64,000 nt of DNA, from positions 189,485 through 253,484 of the forward strand of contig JAPLLX010000004.1 of assembly GCA_026387335.1 (NCBI GenBank). The letters are read 5' to 3'. Under the pieces are notes generated by a model that was given only the letters and a program-made list of their open reading frames with translations, made no database searches and was not told where the DNA came from. Shown piece after piece: positions 1-12,000 of this stretch. The translations under genes and the position numbers were made by a program. Origin of the DNA: Candidatus Omnitrophota bacterium (GTDB lineage: Bacteria > Omnitrophota > Gorgyraeia > Gygaellales > Profunditerraquicolaceae). Each line of letters begins with the position of its first letter. The stretch's first letter is position 1.

Positions 1-3000
1 TTCTATTATATTTAATATTGCCATGTCAAGCGCCTTATTGGCCGAGCTGGAGGAAGATTCTTCTAAAGTTTCTTTAATGGAATTTAATGTCTGAATATAT
101 ATTCCGTCCACCTTCACCGGACTTGTATCTGAATGGAATAACCTTGCAAGCCCTCTATACATTGTCTTGATTGTCTTCTTACTCGCGTCAGGCTCAAGAC
201 CAAGCGCCTTTGATGCTTCAGCCTTTCGGGCTTCTGCTGAGAGCTTAGTTATCCCTAGAAAATCAAACTCCTCTAAATTCTTCTTTATGCGCGCCGTTTC
301 TGCTAATACCTCACTTGCCTGTTTTGTTATAGTAATAACCTCTATACCGTCAATAGTTTCTGTAATAGCTTCTCCGGATGCATACTTAACTAGTCTCCCT
401 TGACTATTATATGTTACATTAACCGAGCTGGAGGCGGCGGGACTGGAAGAAGTCCAGGTAAATTTGATAATTTTCAGCCCTAACGCAACTCTGATATTTT
501 CGATAGTCTCAAGATACTCACCGCCGGCTTGAACAAATATGTCCTGATAAATGCCATTATGGTCTTCTTCGGAAGTATGCTCCTTTAATAAATCCATAAA
601 CTTACCTAAGTATTTCTCTTCGCTTACTTTTTTACCGCGCCTTAATGCCTCGGCCTGGTTCCCGGCCCTTTCAAATATGCCTCTAAATTTATTGTGCTTT
701 TCTTTATGTTCATCCTTAAACACGAGAACTTCATCGGGAGAGACAATAATGCTTTGACGGTTGAGAGTACTGTACAAATCTTCTAAAGAAAGCTCTCCGT
801 TCGAGGTGTGAAAATGCAATAGAATGCTCCCCGGGATATTCTTAATAACAACGCCATCTTCCTCCCCTATAGCCCCAATCTTAAGGTGCCAGCCATCCTT
901 GCCTAAATAACAATAATCAGCGCCTAATTCCAGGTTGCGATTTACCCGGGCAATCTCCATTAAATATTTAACTAACGATTTAAAATCCTTGAAGACTTTA
1001 TCTTCTTTGGTGAATATCGCCGGGTCTGCCTTGCGTAATGCTTCAATAGTAGGCTGGATCCTCTCATGCCTGCCGTGTATGTGATATATGGCAGTAAACG
1101 CACTGATAACAAGCAAAGCGACTACAGTAACAATCTTGAGCCAATAAGTCTTGCTGGACTTTTTAATCGGGCTGGAGAAGACCGGACTGGAGCCAACCGT
1201 AAGGGACGGCTCTCTGACTGAACCGTCCCTGTTCTTAGTTGTGCGTGCCGTTGACTTTGTAGATGGGAACACATCCCCTTGCATCGCTAATCTTGACACG
1301 GATGAGCTCGCTCTTAACGCCGATGATCTCCTCCCAACTATCGGCACGGCCGTTGCGCGTGTAGATAGTTCCCATAACATCGTTAATGAGGAAGATCCTG
1401 AGATGACCGCTGGCGTTCTCACGAGCTGCGGCAAAAGTAGTGTGGTCCTTGGCGAAGTCAACAATGTGATCAATCCTAATATCATCAACATTGATAGGAC
1501 ACATGGTACACCTCCTTCTATTATTGTTGTAATGGCGGCAACAAGAGGGGTCAATCCCTGGAGGAGGGCTCCTGCGCCGCCATTAACAACAACATAGGCC
1601 GCAAGCTCTCCTGCCACGGAAAAAGCTAACGGCCGGGTTAAATTTATAAGATTATTTATATCGGAATTTGTAAAGGATAAGACGAGTAATAAGGAAATAA
1701 CTACTGCGGAATTGAGCAGTATAGCTATTAAGGCTGCACAAGGCGGAGAAAGCCCGTTGTAACCTTTGGCGTGATTACTGACTGGTTTGACGAATCTAGC
1801 TTCTAATAATCTTAATGAGGGAGTTTCGGTTCTATAATGCCCCTGTCCTCTAAGCTCATTTGAATAGCTCTTAAGCGACGAGCGGCTAATTCTTCCCTCA
1901 AATACTCTGATTCGATCCTTTTCATTTCTTCCTGAAATTTCAACATTAGGTTTCCCATTTTTCCCTCCTCCAATTATGACCCTGTACATTTGAATCAAGA
2001 AGTTGCTCACAGATGCAGCAATGCGGGCTAATGGAGGAGCGAGGGAAAGATTGGTGACGCCTACGCCGGTTTCTTTCGGCTGGGCTGTTATTGAAGCTTC
2101 TAACCTGAAATAGCTGCGGCCTTTTTCAAGGATATTCCTTAATGTGCCTAAGAATGAAGTGGTGACTAATTTGTTAATAGGCGAGCTGGATACTGTTACA
2201 GTTTCTATGGGTATGTTGGCAGAGACTGGTAATTCCCTGACCGGAGAAGAACCGCCATTTGCTTTACCAGGATTAATTTGATTGGCAAAGTTCGTTGCTT
2301 CAGATGTAATCTTTGAAGAACATCCAGCTATCTTAACCTCAATTTCGTATAATTTGTTATTCAACTCAAGGGCTTGCTTAATAAGAGCTGCTTTGGATTC
2401 TTCAGAGATTACTGCATTAGTTAATTGATCCTTAACCTCAAGGGAATACTTAATAAGTATGCCTTCAACTTTCTGATATGTGGCGAGCGCCTTAAAATAT
2501 TCTTCAGCGTCATATTCACTATTCCCTAAGATAAGTAAATCGTTAGCGGTAGAGAAAAGATCTTTGCTTGCTGTTGCATTCACAGGATCTTGTTTATTTT
2601 CTGCGGTTACTTCAGCCTGAACCCCTGCGTTATCTTTTGCAGAAACATGGCCTTTTTCATCCACTATCTTCTCATCTTTAATTCCTTCTACATTAGCCTT
2701 ATCCGCAGCTTCCGGAGTTTTCTTGGCATCCTCTGTAACTTTCTTCGTAACTGTTTCTTTTGCTAATCTATCTCTCTCTTCGGCTGCTTTACGTTCAGCT
2801 TCTTGCTGAGTAGCGAGTTTGGCTGCTTCTTCAGCTGCTTTGCGTACTTTTTCTGCCCTATGATTAAGATAAATCTTAACTGCTATGAGGCCGAGAATAA
2901 TAATTGCCACAATAGCAATAGCCCAGATCATCTTGGGGTTGGTAGTAAAATAGTCTAAAATTTTGCTTAAAATTGATTCTTCGCCTTTAGGGGCTTGGGG

Positions 3001-6000
3001 CGCAGGAGGAACGCCAGGAACTGTTAATATCTTAGAAACATCAATCTGCTGGCCGGCATTAATGTGATCCATCGCGCTATAGGACTGATTTGCGCCTTTA
3101 ACCTGTCTCCAAGTTTCAATTGCCCGGCCTTTTTCACCCCATAATTTCATGCCTGATTTGCCAAAATACTCTAATACTATATGGCCCCAGGTATCGCCTT
3201 TTCCTACGGTAAGAATATTATTCGCTGCGGTAGCGGCAAATGACTGGATAGGAAGAACTAGAGAGACAAATAGGAAAATTCCGGCTGTAAGATATGCGTT
3301 GCTTATATTAGAAAGGATGTTTTTAATATTTACTGCAGAGCTCGAGCTAAGAATAACTGTTGGAGGAGCAAGGCCACTGACTCTCTTTCTATCTTCACTA
3401 ATAATATTCAACCAATCTACTATTCCGTAAGCTTCGCTTGCTCCATTTGTGAGGTTAAAATTCGCAGCTTCCGGCCCTTCACCAAAGCCACCCTTACCTT
3501 TACCTGTACCTTTTGGACCAGCAGCTGCTCCGCCATTACCTGCCGCAGCACCAGTTCCAGTTCCACCCTGCGCTGATCCGCCGCCGCTGGAACCATTTAG
3601 CTCTTGAATATAACCAATGACACCAGAAACCTCATCCATTTCTTCTTTCTTAATTTCTCTAATATCTTTGTCATCTAAATTATTTTCTTTCTTATAATTT
3701 TCTACTGCAGAAACGTTGTTCCAATGAATTATGCTCACAATTTTTCCATTGTAAAGAGCTACGCTTTCTATAGAAACCGGTCTTGTCTCGGTAACTTCTC
3801 CTTTATTATTATATTCTGTAACCATCAAATCTCCATTGGCGTATTTCCCTCTAACAAGAAAAGCATGTCCACTTTGAACAACTATAAGATTCAAGTTACC
3901 CAGGGTATTAGAATCCATAGACTCTATAATCTTTGGAGATAATAAATAATACTGCAATCTACCTTTTGCAATCTGGTTTAATTCGTTCAATAATAAACCT
4001 CTTCCTAGCTTTCTTTCCGCCTCTTCTATTTCTGCTGCCAATACAGAATCTACGGTATAAAAACTTCCAGGTAAACAATCGGCTGGTTGAATACCTCTCT
4101 TTCCTTCTGCTATTCTCAAACGGCCATCAAAACCTTGAATAATACCTTCTACTGCGCGAAGAACGCTTTTATCTCCGTCATCGATTGCTTTCCTTAAATT
4201 TACAATTTCCTCCCCCTGGTCATTTACCTTAGTACTTAATCCCCTTACTTCTTCTTTTACTACACCTTGCATCTTAGAGAAAAATCCTGCTAACTCTTCT
4301 TTCGCTTTCTTATGAGTTCTTTCATTATTCTCTTCTAGTTCTTGTATTTCCTTGCGCACAATCTTCTGCACTGCTGCTACTATATTCCCGTTTGCAATTC
4401 CATTAAATAATTCGCGGATTATTTCTTCCGACAGGCCTTCTTGTAATTCCGGATGTAACTGCGCGGTTTTCACATAATTAGCAATAATACTTAAACCTAT
4501 TACGTATCTATTCGTTATATCTTCATCAGTAATGCTGTTCACTGTTGTATCCTCGAAATATGAATCATTAAACCATCTCATTAATACTGCTTTCAAGTGT
4601 GGGATATTATCTTCTACGTTCATAATTCCCTTAACCGCTGACCTTATTAAGCCATACATTTCACTTCTCGCTTTTTCAAAGTCGCGATCCTGTATTGCTC
4701 TAAGAACCGTGCCATAGGCGGTTGGGTCTTTTTGCCTTAAACCTTCCAGCATCATACGGTCATCCTTGTTATTGCGGAAATAATCCTGGCCTAACAAGCG
4801 ATTTAATAACTTAATTGCTTTTTCTAAATCTGTTATTGTACTATTATTTGCGGGAGAAGATGAGGTTTTGGTGGGAATTCCAGAGACAAAAACGCCGCTA
4901 TTGAGCGGACTTGAGGTTGCACGAATCGAACCACTGGTTTCTTTATTTGCACTCTGGGAACCTGCCAAACTCTTAAATTCATTTGCTTCAATTACGCCTA
5001 ATTTATACGCTCTGATGTCCTTGACACCAACAAACTTTGAGTCAGAGTTCGTCGGTGAGCTGGCAGGCGGCGCAACGCCGGTTCCGGTTCCAACAACTGG
5101 ATTAGGAGTAGCAATCGTATTGAATTGTATGACTTTACCGGCATAGAGTAGGCTTGCCGGGCTTAAATCTAAGGCTGTTAAGGCTCTGGTAACCGAACTG
5201 GAAGCGCCTACACCGCTAACCACAGTTCCAGCCACTGGCAAAGGCATTGGTGACCGCCTTTCTAAAGGCGAAGTAGTCTGATCTGGCTTCTGTCCACCCA
5301 ACATTCTTGCTACAGCCCCAAATAATCTATTTACAATCTTACCTATATACTCTAATGCCGCGCCGGTTTCTGCAATCGACGAAGAGACAATCCTTGCGCC
5401 GGTTAAAGCGCTCAATGCGCCGGCTAATATCTGCACTTTGGCATTAGGGCCGCTAATTGAACTTGATCCACCGGTATTATCGTTCACTGCGGCCTTCTCT
5501 TCCACTGGAGCAGCCGTATCCATCTGTTTCTTCATCTTTTCCAATAAATCATTCAGCTTTAAGTCTACTAGTGATTTTTCTTCAGTAACATCAGAATGAA
5601 TCTTGCCCAACAACTCACCTTTCTTAAATAGTTCTGTAATGTCATTTAAAACCTTATCCACTGTCTGCTCTGTCTTTAGAACTTTATTGGCATGCCCGGT
5701 AAATCCACCAAGGGTTGTGGATTCTGTCGCTAATAAATTCTGTCTTTCTGTATCTTCGGCAGAATTTAAAGAATTAATGAGGGCACGCATACTTAAGAAA
5801 CGCGTTAATCCTTCATTAACGCCTAACTCTGAAATGCTAAAGTCTGATTCACTGAGCTCTCTATTTTCAAGGGTGCCCATTTCGGCAAGCAAATTAGCGT
5901 AATTCTGTTGAGCTGTAACAGTGGCTTCCGCATCAATATCCCTACCGTTAGGGCTTAAAATAACGATATTACTGGGATTACTACCAATATTCTTTACGGC

Positions 6001-9000
6001 GATATGGAATGCCTCATGCGCGCCTCTGCCGAAATTATAATGGCCAGCGAGATTCAACCTAATAGAAAGCTTACCTTGGGCATCTTTCGTAATAACAAAA
6101 TTATCTACGCTATCAGCTTTTATTGTGTAATTCTTTTCTCCTACCGAAGGTTCATATACTTGGGCGCTTGTATTCTTAGTTTTATCCGGCCCACGCAAAA
6201 ATCCGGAAGGACCTATTTCAACCTGAACACCTTCATATCCCTTATCCTTGCCGTACCAATTGCTTCCCATTTCTTTTTCTACAGCAGTGCTTCCTTGTGC
6301 CTTAAATTCCTGCTCAGCAATAAAGGTTTGGGCTGGCTGTAATGCCCTAAAAACAAGATAGAGCGAAGCATCGTCAGTTAACCCGTTAAGTATTTTGAGG
6401 GAATTGTCTAAGCGGGCATCATCAGGATTCGCAGATTGAATATTATTAATGAATTCTAAGGCCTGCTGGCGGGTAAACAAGCTTGAACCATTGCCTAAAA
6501 GCCGGCTGGCTATATCCGGGCCTAATAAACGGAAGAATGCATTTTCATGCTCTTGAGGATTGATTAATATATCCTCAAATTTCACATTCTCCTGGCCTTG
6601 GGATGTTCTTTGAGCAACCAAAGCATTTTCAGCATCATTGAACCTTAAGCCGTACTCAAATTGAGGATTAATACCCAACTTTCTAAGCCCTGTATGAATA
6701 TCCTTACTATTAACTAAATTTTTGTTTTTGAGAGTCTCAACGACCAACGCATATTGAACAGTCTTACCTGAAGTACTGTTTAAAAGTTCACGGAAAGCGG
6801 CCGCGACATTTTCTATTTCTTTCGGTGGAAGGCCTAAACGCTGCGCTTCCTGCTGGGGATTATCAACAAAACGTCTTAATACGTCGCGCTTAACAACGCC
6901 CTGAGTCTGCATAAATGTATTCATTAAATCTGCTGCCTGACGGGTTGCCGCGTTTGTAGAGGTGGCAAATAACTGTCCGCGGGCCAAAGGATCAGAATTC
7001 AAGAATAAGTAGTCGGCTATGCTTAATCTCCCTAAAACCTTAGAAGATATCCCTGAAAGATTCAATTGCCTATAAGCTTCAACCTGTGTAGGCCCAAGCG
7101 GTAAAACTAACGGCATTAAATCTATTAAAGACTGCGTTTTGCCCATAGCCACAGCTACCTGCTGAAGGCCGCCCATGGTCCGCTTGTCTTTAAATATACT
7201 GCTATGGCGCTGGGCATTAAATTTAATCAACGCGCTTTCCAAAGAGCTATTGCCTTTTTGCAGATTGCGTGTTAAGAATTCTACGGGATTATCCAAGCCA
7301 AGCTGTAATCTCTCCACCTCTGTGGGTGTAAAAGCTGTGCCGGCTAATTTATCCGCAGCAAGCGAAGTTAATGTAGCAACTCTTACTATAGAATCTACCC
7401 CGCGATAAGGATTAGAAACATCAATATAACCTCTCTGGGCTAAATTTACAGCAAGATCGAATGATTGTTCAGGGGTGATCAATATGTCGGCTTCCGGCAA
7501 TGCTAATTCCGGTAAACCAATGCGATTTAAGAATACATTCACTTCTTTGCGTTCTCTTTCATCCCAAAGCTGCACTGTTTGCATAGCGAGATTAAGACCG
7601 CCTCTTCCAACCATATACCCGCCGCGCACAAACAAGGCTTGTGTCTCAGCAGGAAGATTATTGAACTTTTCCGCTAAAGCAGGCTGCCCCTTGGCAAAAT
7701 TCTCAAAAGTCACAGGGCCAAGTTCTTCGCTGGGTACGGCGGAAGGAACCCCTCTCTTTTCTCCGCGAACAGTAACTCCATACTCCATGTTAGCCGACGT
7801 AAATTTAGGATAATCCTTTCCTGTAAATTCTTTTGCAAAAATAGCTCTAACCTGTTCGGGAGTCAATTGTTTATAGGCTGGTTTACCCTCATATTCATTT
7901 TTTAACTCTGCGCGTAAGGCTTTTTCTATCTTTGAATACGCATCGCGAAAAAGAATAAATTCATCAACAATAGCCTTGGCTTTCATTTCCTGCGCAGTCT
8001 TTGGTTTTTCAGGATACAGTTCCCTTAAATCTCCCTGCCCCCATTGATCACGCAGGAATTTCATACCATGATCTCTTTCGGTATCCAAATGCTCAACAGT
8101 CAAATCTGCCTGTCCGCGGACATTTTGTAACTGGCGCACAGAATCATTGCCTTGTTCTAATCTATTTACTTGGGCAATTTTCTCCATTGCCTTTGGCCCA
8201 AGCAAAGAGCCAAGCAATAAATTAATCTTGAATTTCGCGTCCCTGATTAAATCTCTTTCTTTATGAAGAAGATCTTGTTTATCCGCCTGGTCTTGATTTT
8301 TACCAAAAAGCTTTTCTAATTCTTTTACGCCTTCCAGGCTCTTAACATCTACACCGCTTAAGTCGCGAACAATAAGAACACGGTCAACTGAATCAAAATC
8401 AGAACCGGAAACAGGCCTTAACCTGCGAGAACCCTGAAAAATCGGCAAAAGCTCGCTCTTGGAATCAGCAATAGCAACTAATACAGCCTTATCGGAAACG
8501 CCGTTTATATCAATACCGTATGTATTAGGACGGGATATTAATACTTTAACACCCTTTCCGGACGCAATTTGTTCTGTTACATATTCAATCGGGCTATTGT
8601 TTCTGCCGCTATTTTTAATTACTTCTGAAACTGGCTTTGCGTCCTTTAATTCTCTACCGACTTCTACCATTTGCCAAATTCCGCGCTGATCAAGAATAAA
8701 ACGGGTGTTATCTTTATAAAACGCGCTAAAATCTCCTATGGAAAGCTGAGAATCACCATGCTGCTCGCTCTTCTGCGTATCTACATAGATAGTTACATCT
8801 TTACCTTTATTAGATGTCTCTTTGCTGCCTAACTCAAAAATTGCGTTATTATTAACGTTATTCACCCCGACTACATTTAAATTTGCATCAAGGATTGGCT
8901 TACTCACTTCACCTACTGAATCCATGCCAAAAACTATTCTCATCGTATCCTTCTGCCGATCGGTCATTGCTCCGGCAAAAAGTACAGTAGCTACCGCGCC

Positions 9001-12000
9001 CATTTTTTCTGCTGTATCCAACATCTTCGCGAAAGAAACCATGGCATGGCCAGCTCCCTGAATCTCAACTTGTTCGTAATTAAGAGGAATTTCGACATTC
9101 TCTGGTCTTGATGTATCACGTACCCTGGCATTATGAATCACAACATCGGCAATAGCCTGTAAGCTGTTGGCAACGCGTAAATCATGCGCGCGGCCGCTGG
9201 GATTAAGCGGGATTATAACCCACTTATTACGTTCGGCATCAAAAGCAGTAAGTTTATCTAAGCCGGTAACTTCTGCTCTGGCCACCATAGACGCTTTCAA
9301 CGCAGCTACGAGACGCTCTCCTTCAGGAGTTTTCCTCAGTGCATCTAAATCCAATCTTTCTTGCTCTAATTTTTCTCCCGCGCTATACCTTAAAAATGCT
9401 TCGATTAACGCATCGTTACCGGCAGGATCAACTATAGTTTCTCCGTCTTTATCTCTGCTGCGGGTAATCTCGTATTTATCATCTAAACTTTTTAAGGAAA
9501 GTTCGCCATTAAGTGTTTCTGTTAAGAACTTGTGCGCCCTTTCAACTAAGGCTTTTTGAGAATCAAATTCTTCTTTGCTTATTTTGTCAAATCCATCGCT
9601 AATTTGAAGAGAAGGATTATCCAAATAATCCGTATTGGTAAGCACCGCTTTATCTAATAATTCTGTCAGGGCTTTATCGTGCGCGGATAATTGCTCTCTG
9701 GGCATTTCACGTAAACCCATTAGATACTGTAAATCGTGTTCGGATACAATAACCGCACTTTTATCCGCAAAATTTATAGCCGGTTGGTCGCTATCTTTAA
9801 CTCTCCAGCGGACTATACGGTCTGCATCTACAATTGATTTCGCGAAAGCATTTCCTTTCTCGGCTGCCCTTCTTACATCACCCATAGTTTTATCGTAAAC
9901 CTGATCAGCATGTGTATCGCTTTGCTCAACAACAACTAACATTTTTGCTTTAGGACCATAGGTACCGTTTTGTATAAGCCCTAACTCGGCAATAATACCG
10001 GCGGTACTCTTGCCTGCTGAAGGAGGAGCAAAAATTGATAAGACTAAAGGTTTAACAGAACCAGCGACATAGCGGGCTCCCAAAACCATTTTTTCAAGCA
10101 TATTAGCCTGATCTTTATCCTTAACTCCTCCATATATATTTATTACCGGGTCTGCAGCTACATTATAATAATCTGACTTTATGCGCGTTTCCGCAGCCCG
10201 CTTAATTTCAGGAGTAACTTCAAAACTATTAACCCTTCTGCCCAAGAAACCATCTCTATAAAATACCTTGCTACCTTCTTTAGCATAAGCAACCTGTCCT
10301 ACAATAAGAGAGTCAATCTTCCCTGTAGCTGTAACTTCTGCAGCTTTATCTACCGGAATTATACGCTCTGAGGCGCCTGGTTTCATCCAATCAGGACGAA
10401 CATTTGACTTAGCCTCTTCCGGAGAAATTATAGTAGCGCGGCCGCGCTTAGTGAGCATCTCTGTTATTCCGCCAAAAATAGAACGCTCGTTTTTACTCAT
10501 TACAGGCGCAGCTGCAGGAACCCTAAAGAATCCTGCCCACTGTATAAACTCACTTTCAGGTGTACTGAATACGGCGCGGTCTTTAGGTGTTAAACCATTA
10601 CCATCAATTAAATTGCTTAAGGAGGCTAAAGAATATTTACCTGTATTACCAAAATAATTTACGGATTCTTTTAATCCAGTAACTACGCCGGGCATAAAAA
10701 CGCCTAAAGACCACGCATGATTTAAGGTTTCATTGGAGAACGGCTTTTGAATACTTAACGCTGCATTCTCACTTATCGAAAGTTTTTCAGAAGCCCTTGT
10801 TTGTAGAATACCTATCGCGGGAGCCATCCAGACACCAGAACGCGGGCCATAAACAAAACTGGATAATAATTCTGTCTGTCCTTGCTTAGAAGAGAATAAA
10901 TCTACATACTCACCTTTTACAATATTATTACTCGCATCTCTCTTCTCTATGGCAAACCAGGGCACGGATGGTTTCCCGTCTATGGCATGCTCCATATTAA
11001 CAAGGGCGCCACGCCATAAAGCGCCACTGACAGTAAATGACGGGCTAACATATAACCATGTTAAAGCGCCTCTGACAGAAGAATTAAATAACTTGGTCGG
11101 AACGGAATACAGAGCCTGTAAAGAAAAATCGCGTTCAGCCATATACCCGGCTCTTGAGGTAGGAGAAAATATATTCTTGGTTGTTCCCAGATAAGAAGCA
11201 GCTAACGTGCCAATTGCCGCTCCACCAAAGACACTTGCTACGGCCTGTCCAAAAGTATAATTATTTCCAGACCTATACGCGTCTAAAGAATCATGGGTAA
11301 GCTTAATCCCTGCTCCGGTAATAGCCCCATACTCTGCCCTCGCCAAATTTAAACCTGCTGGCGTAGCAGCGGGAAGACCTTTTATTCCTAACCCGATCAG
11401 GCCTCCGGTAAGCACATTAACCCAAGTATAGCTACTCTGAATATTATCTAAGAGATAACCTTCCCCAGACATTGTTTTTAGCCCAGTGGAAAGTAACGGT
11501 AGGCTGACTGCTCCTAAGGCAAAAGAGGTACCATAACGGACTATACTGCTTTCAGTATTAATTCTAAGCGCTGTACTCAAATTATTAATAGTATTTTTTA
11601 TAATTCCGCCATTAGCTACTAACGCGCCTGCGCCAGTCAAAGCTAAACCAAACGCAGCGCCATCACGCAAACCTTCTCCGTAGATACCAAGCCCTTCTCC
11701 AAAACTTAATGCCCTTGCCGTACCGGTTTCATTTAATCCCACAAGATTACCAATAACAGCAGTAGTTAGATTTATCTGGCCCCATAGAGGAGCTTGAGTT
11801 CCCATCGCATATCCAACCTTGGCTAAAAATGGACTGGCCAAAGTAGCCCCTTCGACAATCAAAGATGAGAGAACCTTTGACGCTACAGGAGTAGCTAATC
11901 CAGCAATGGCAAGCAAAGCATTTGTTTCTCGCGGTAGAAATTCACCAGTTGTGCACAGAGAAACAACGTTTGGTACTACTAAGGTAACTACTTCGGAAAT

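Noticed and set aside
780-870. GGAGG-AAG-ATG near 857 as a third nested ORF
   Set aside because: SD spacing is only 3 nt, the ORF is 24 codons, and the giant frame here carries the JAB-like motif.
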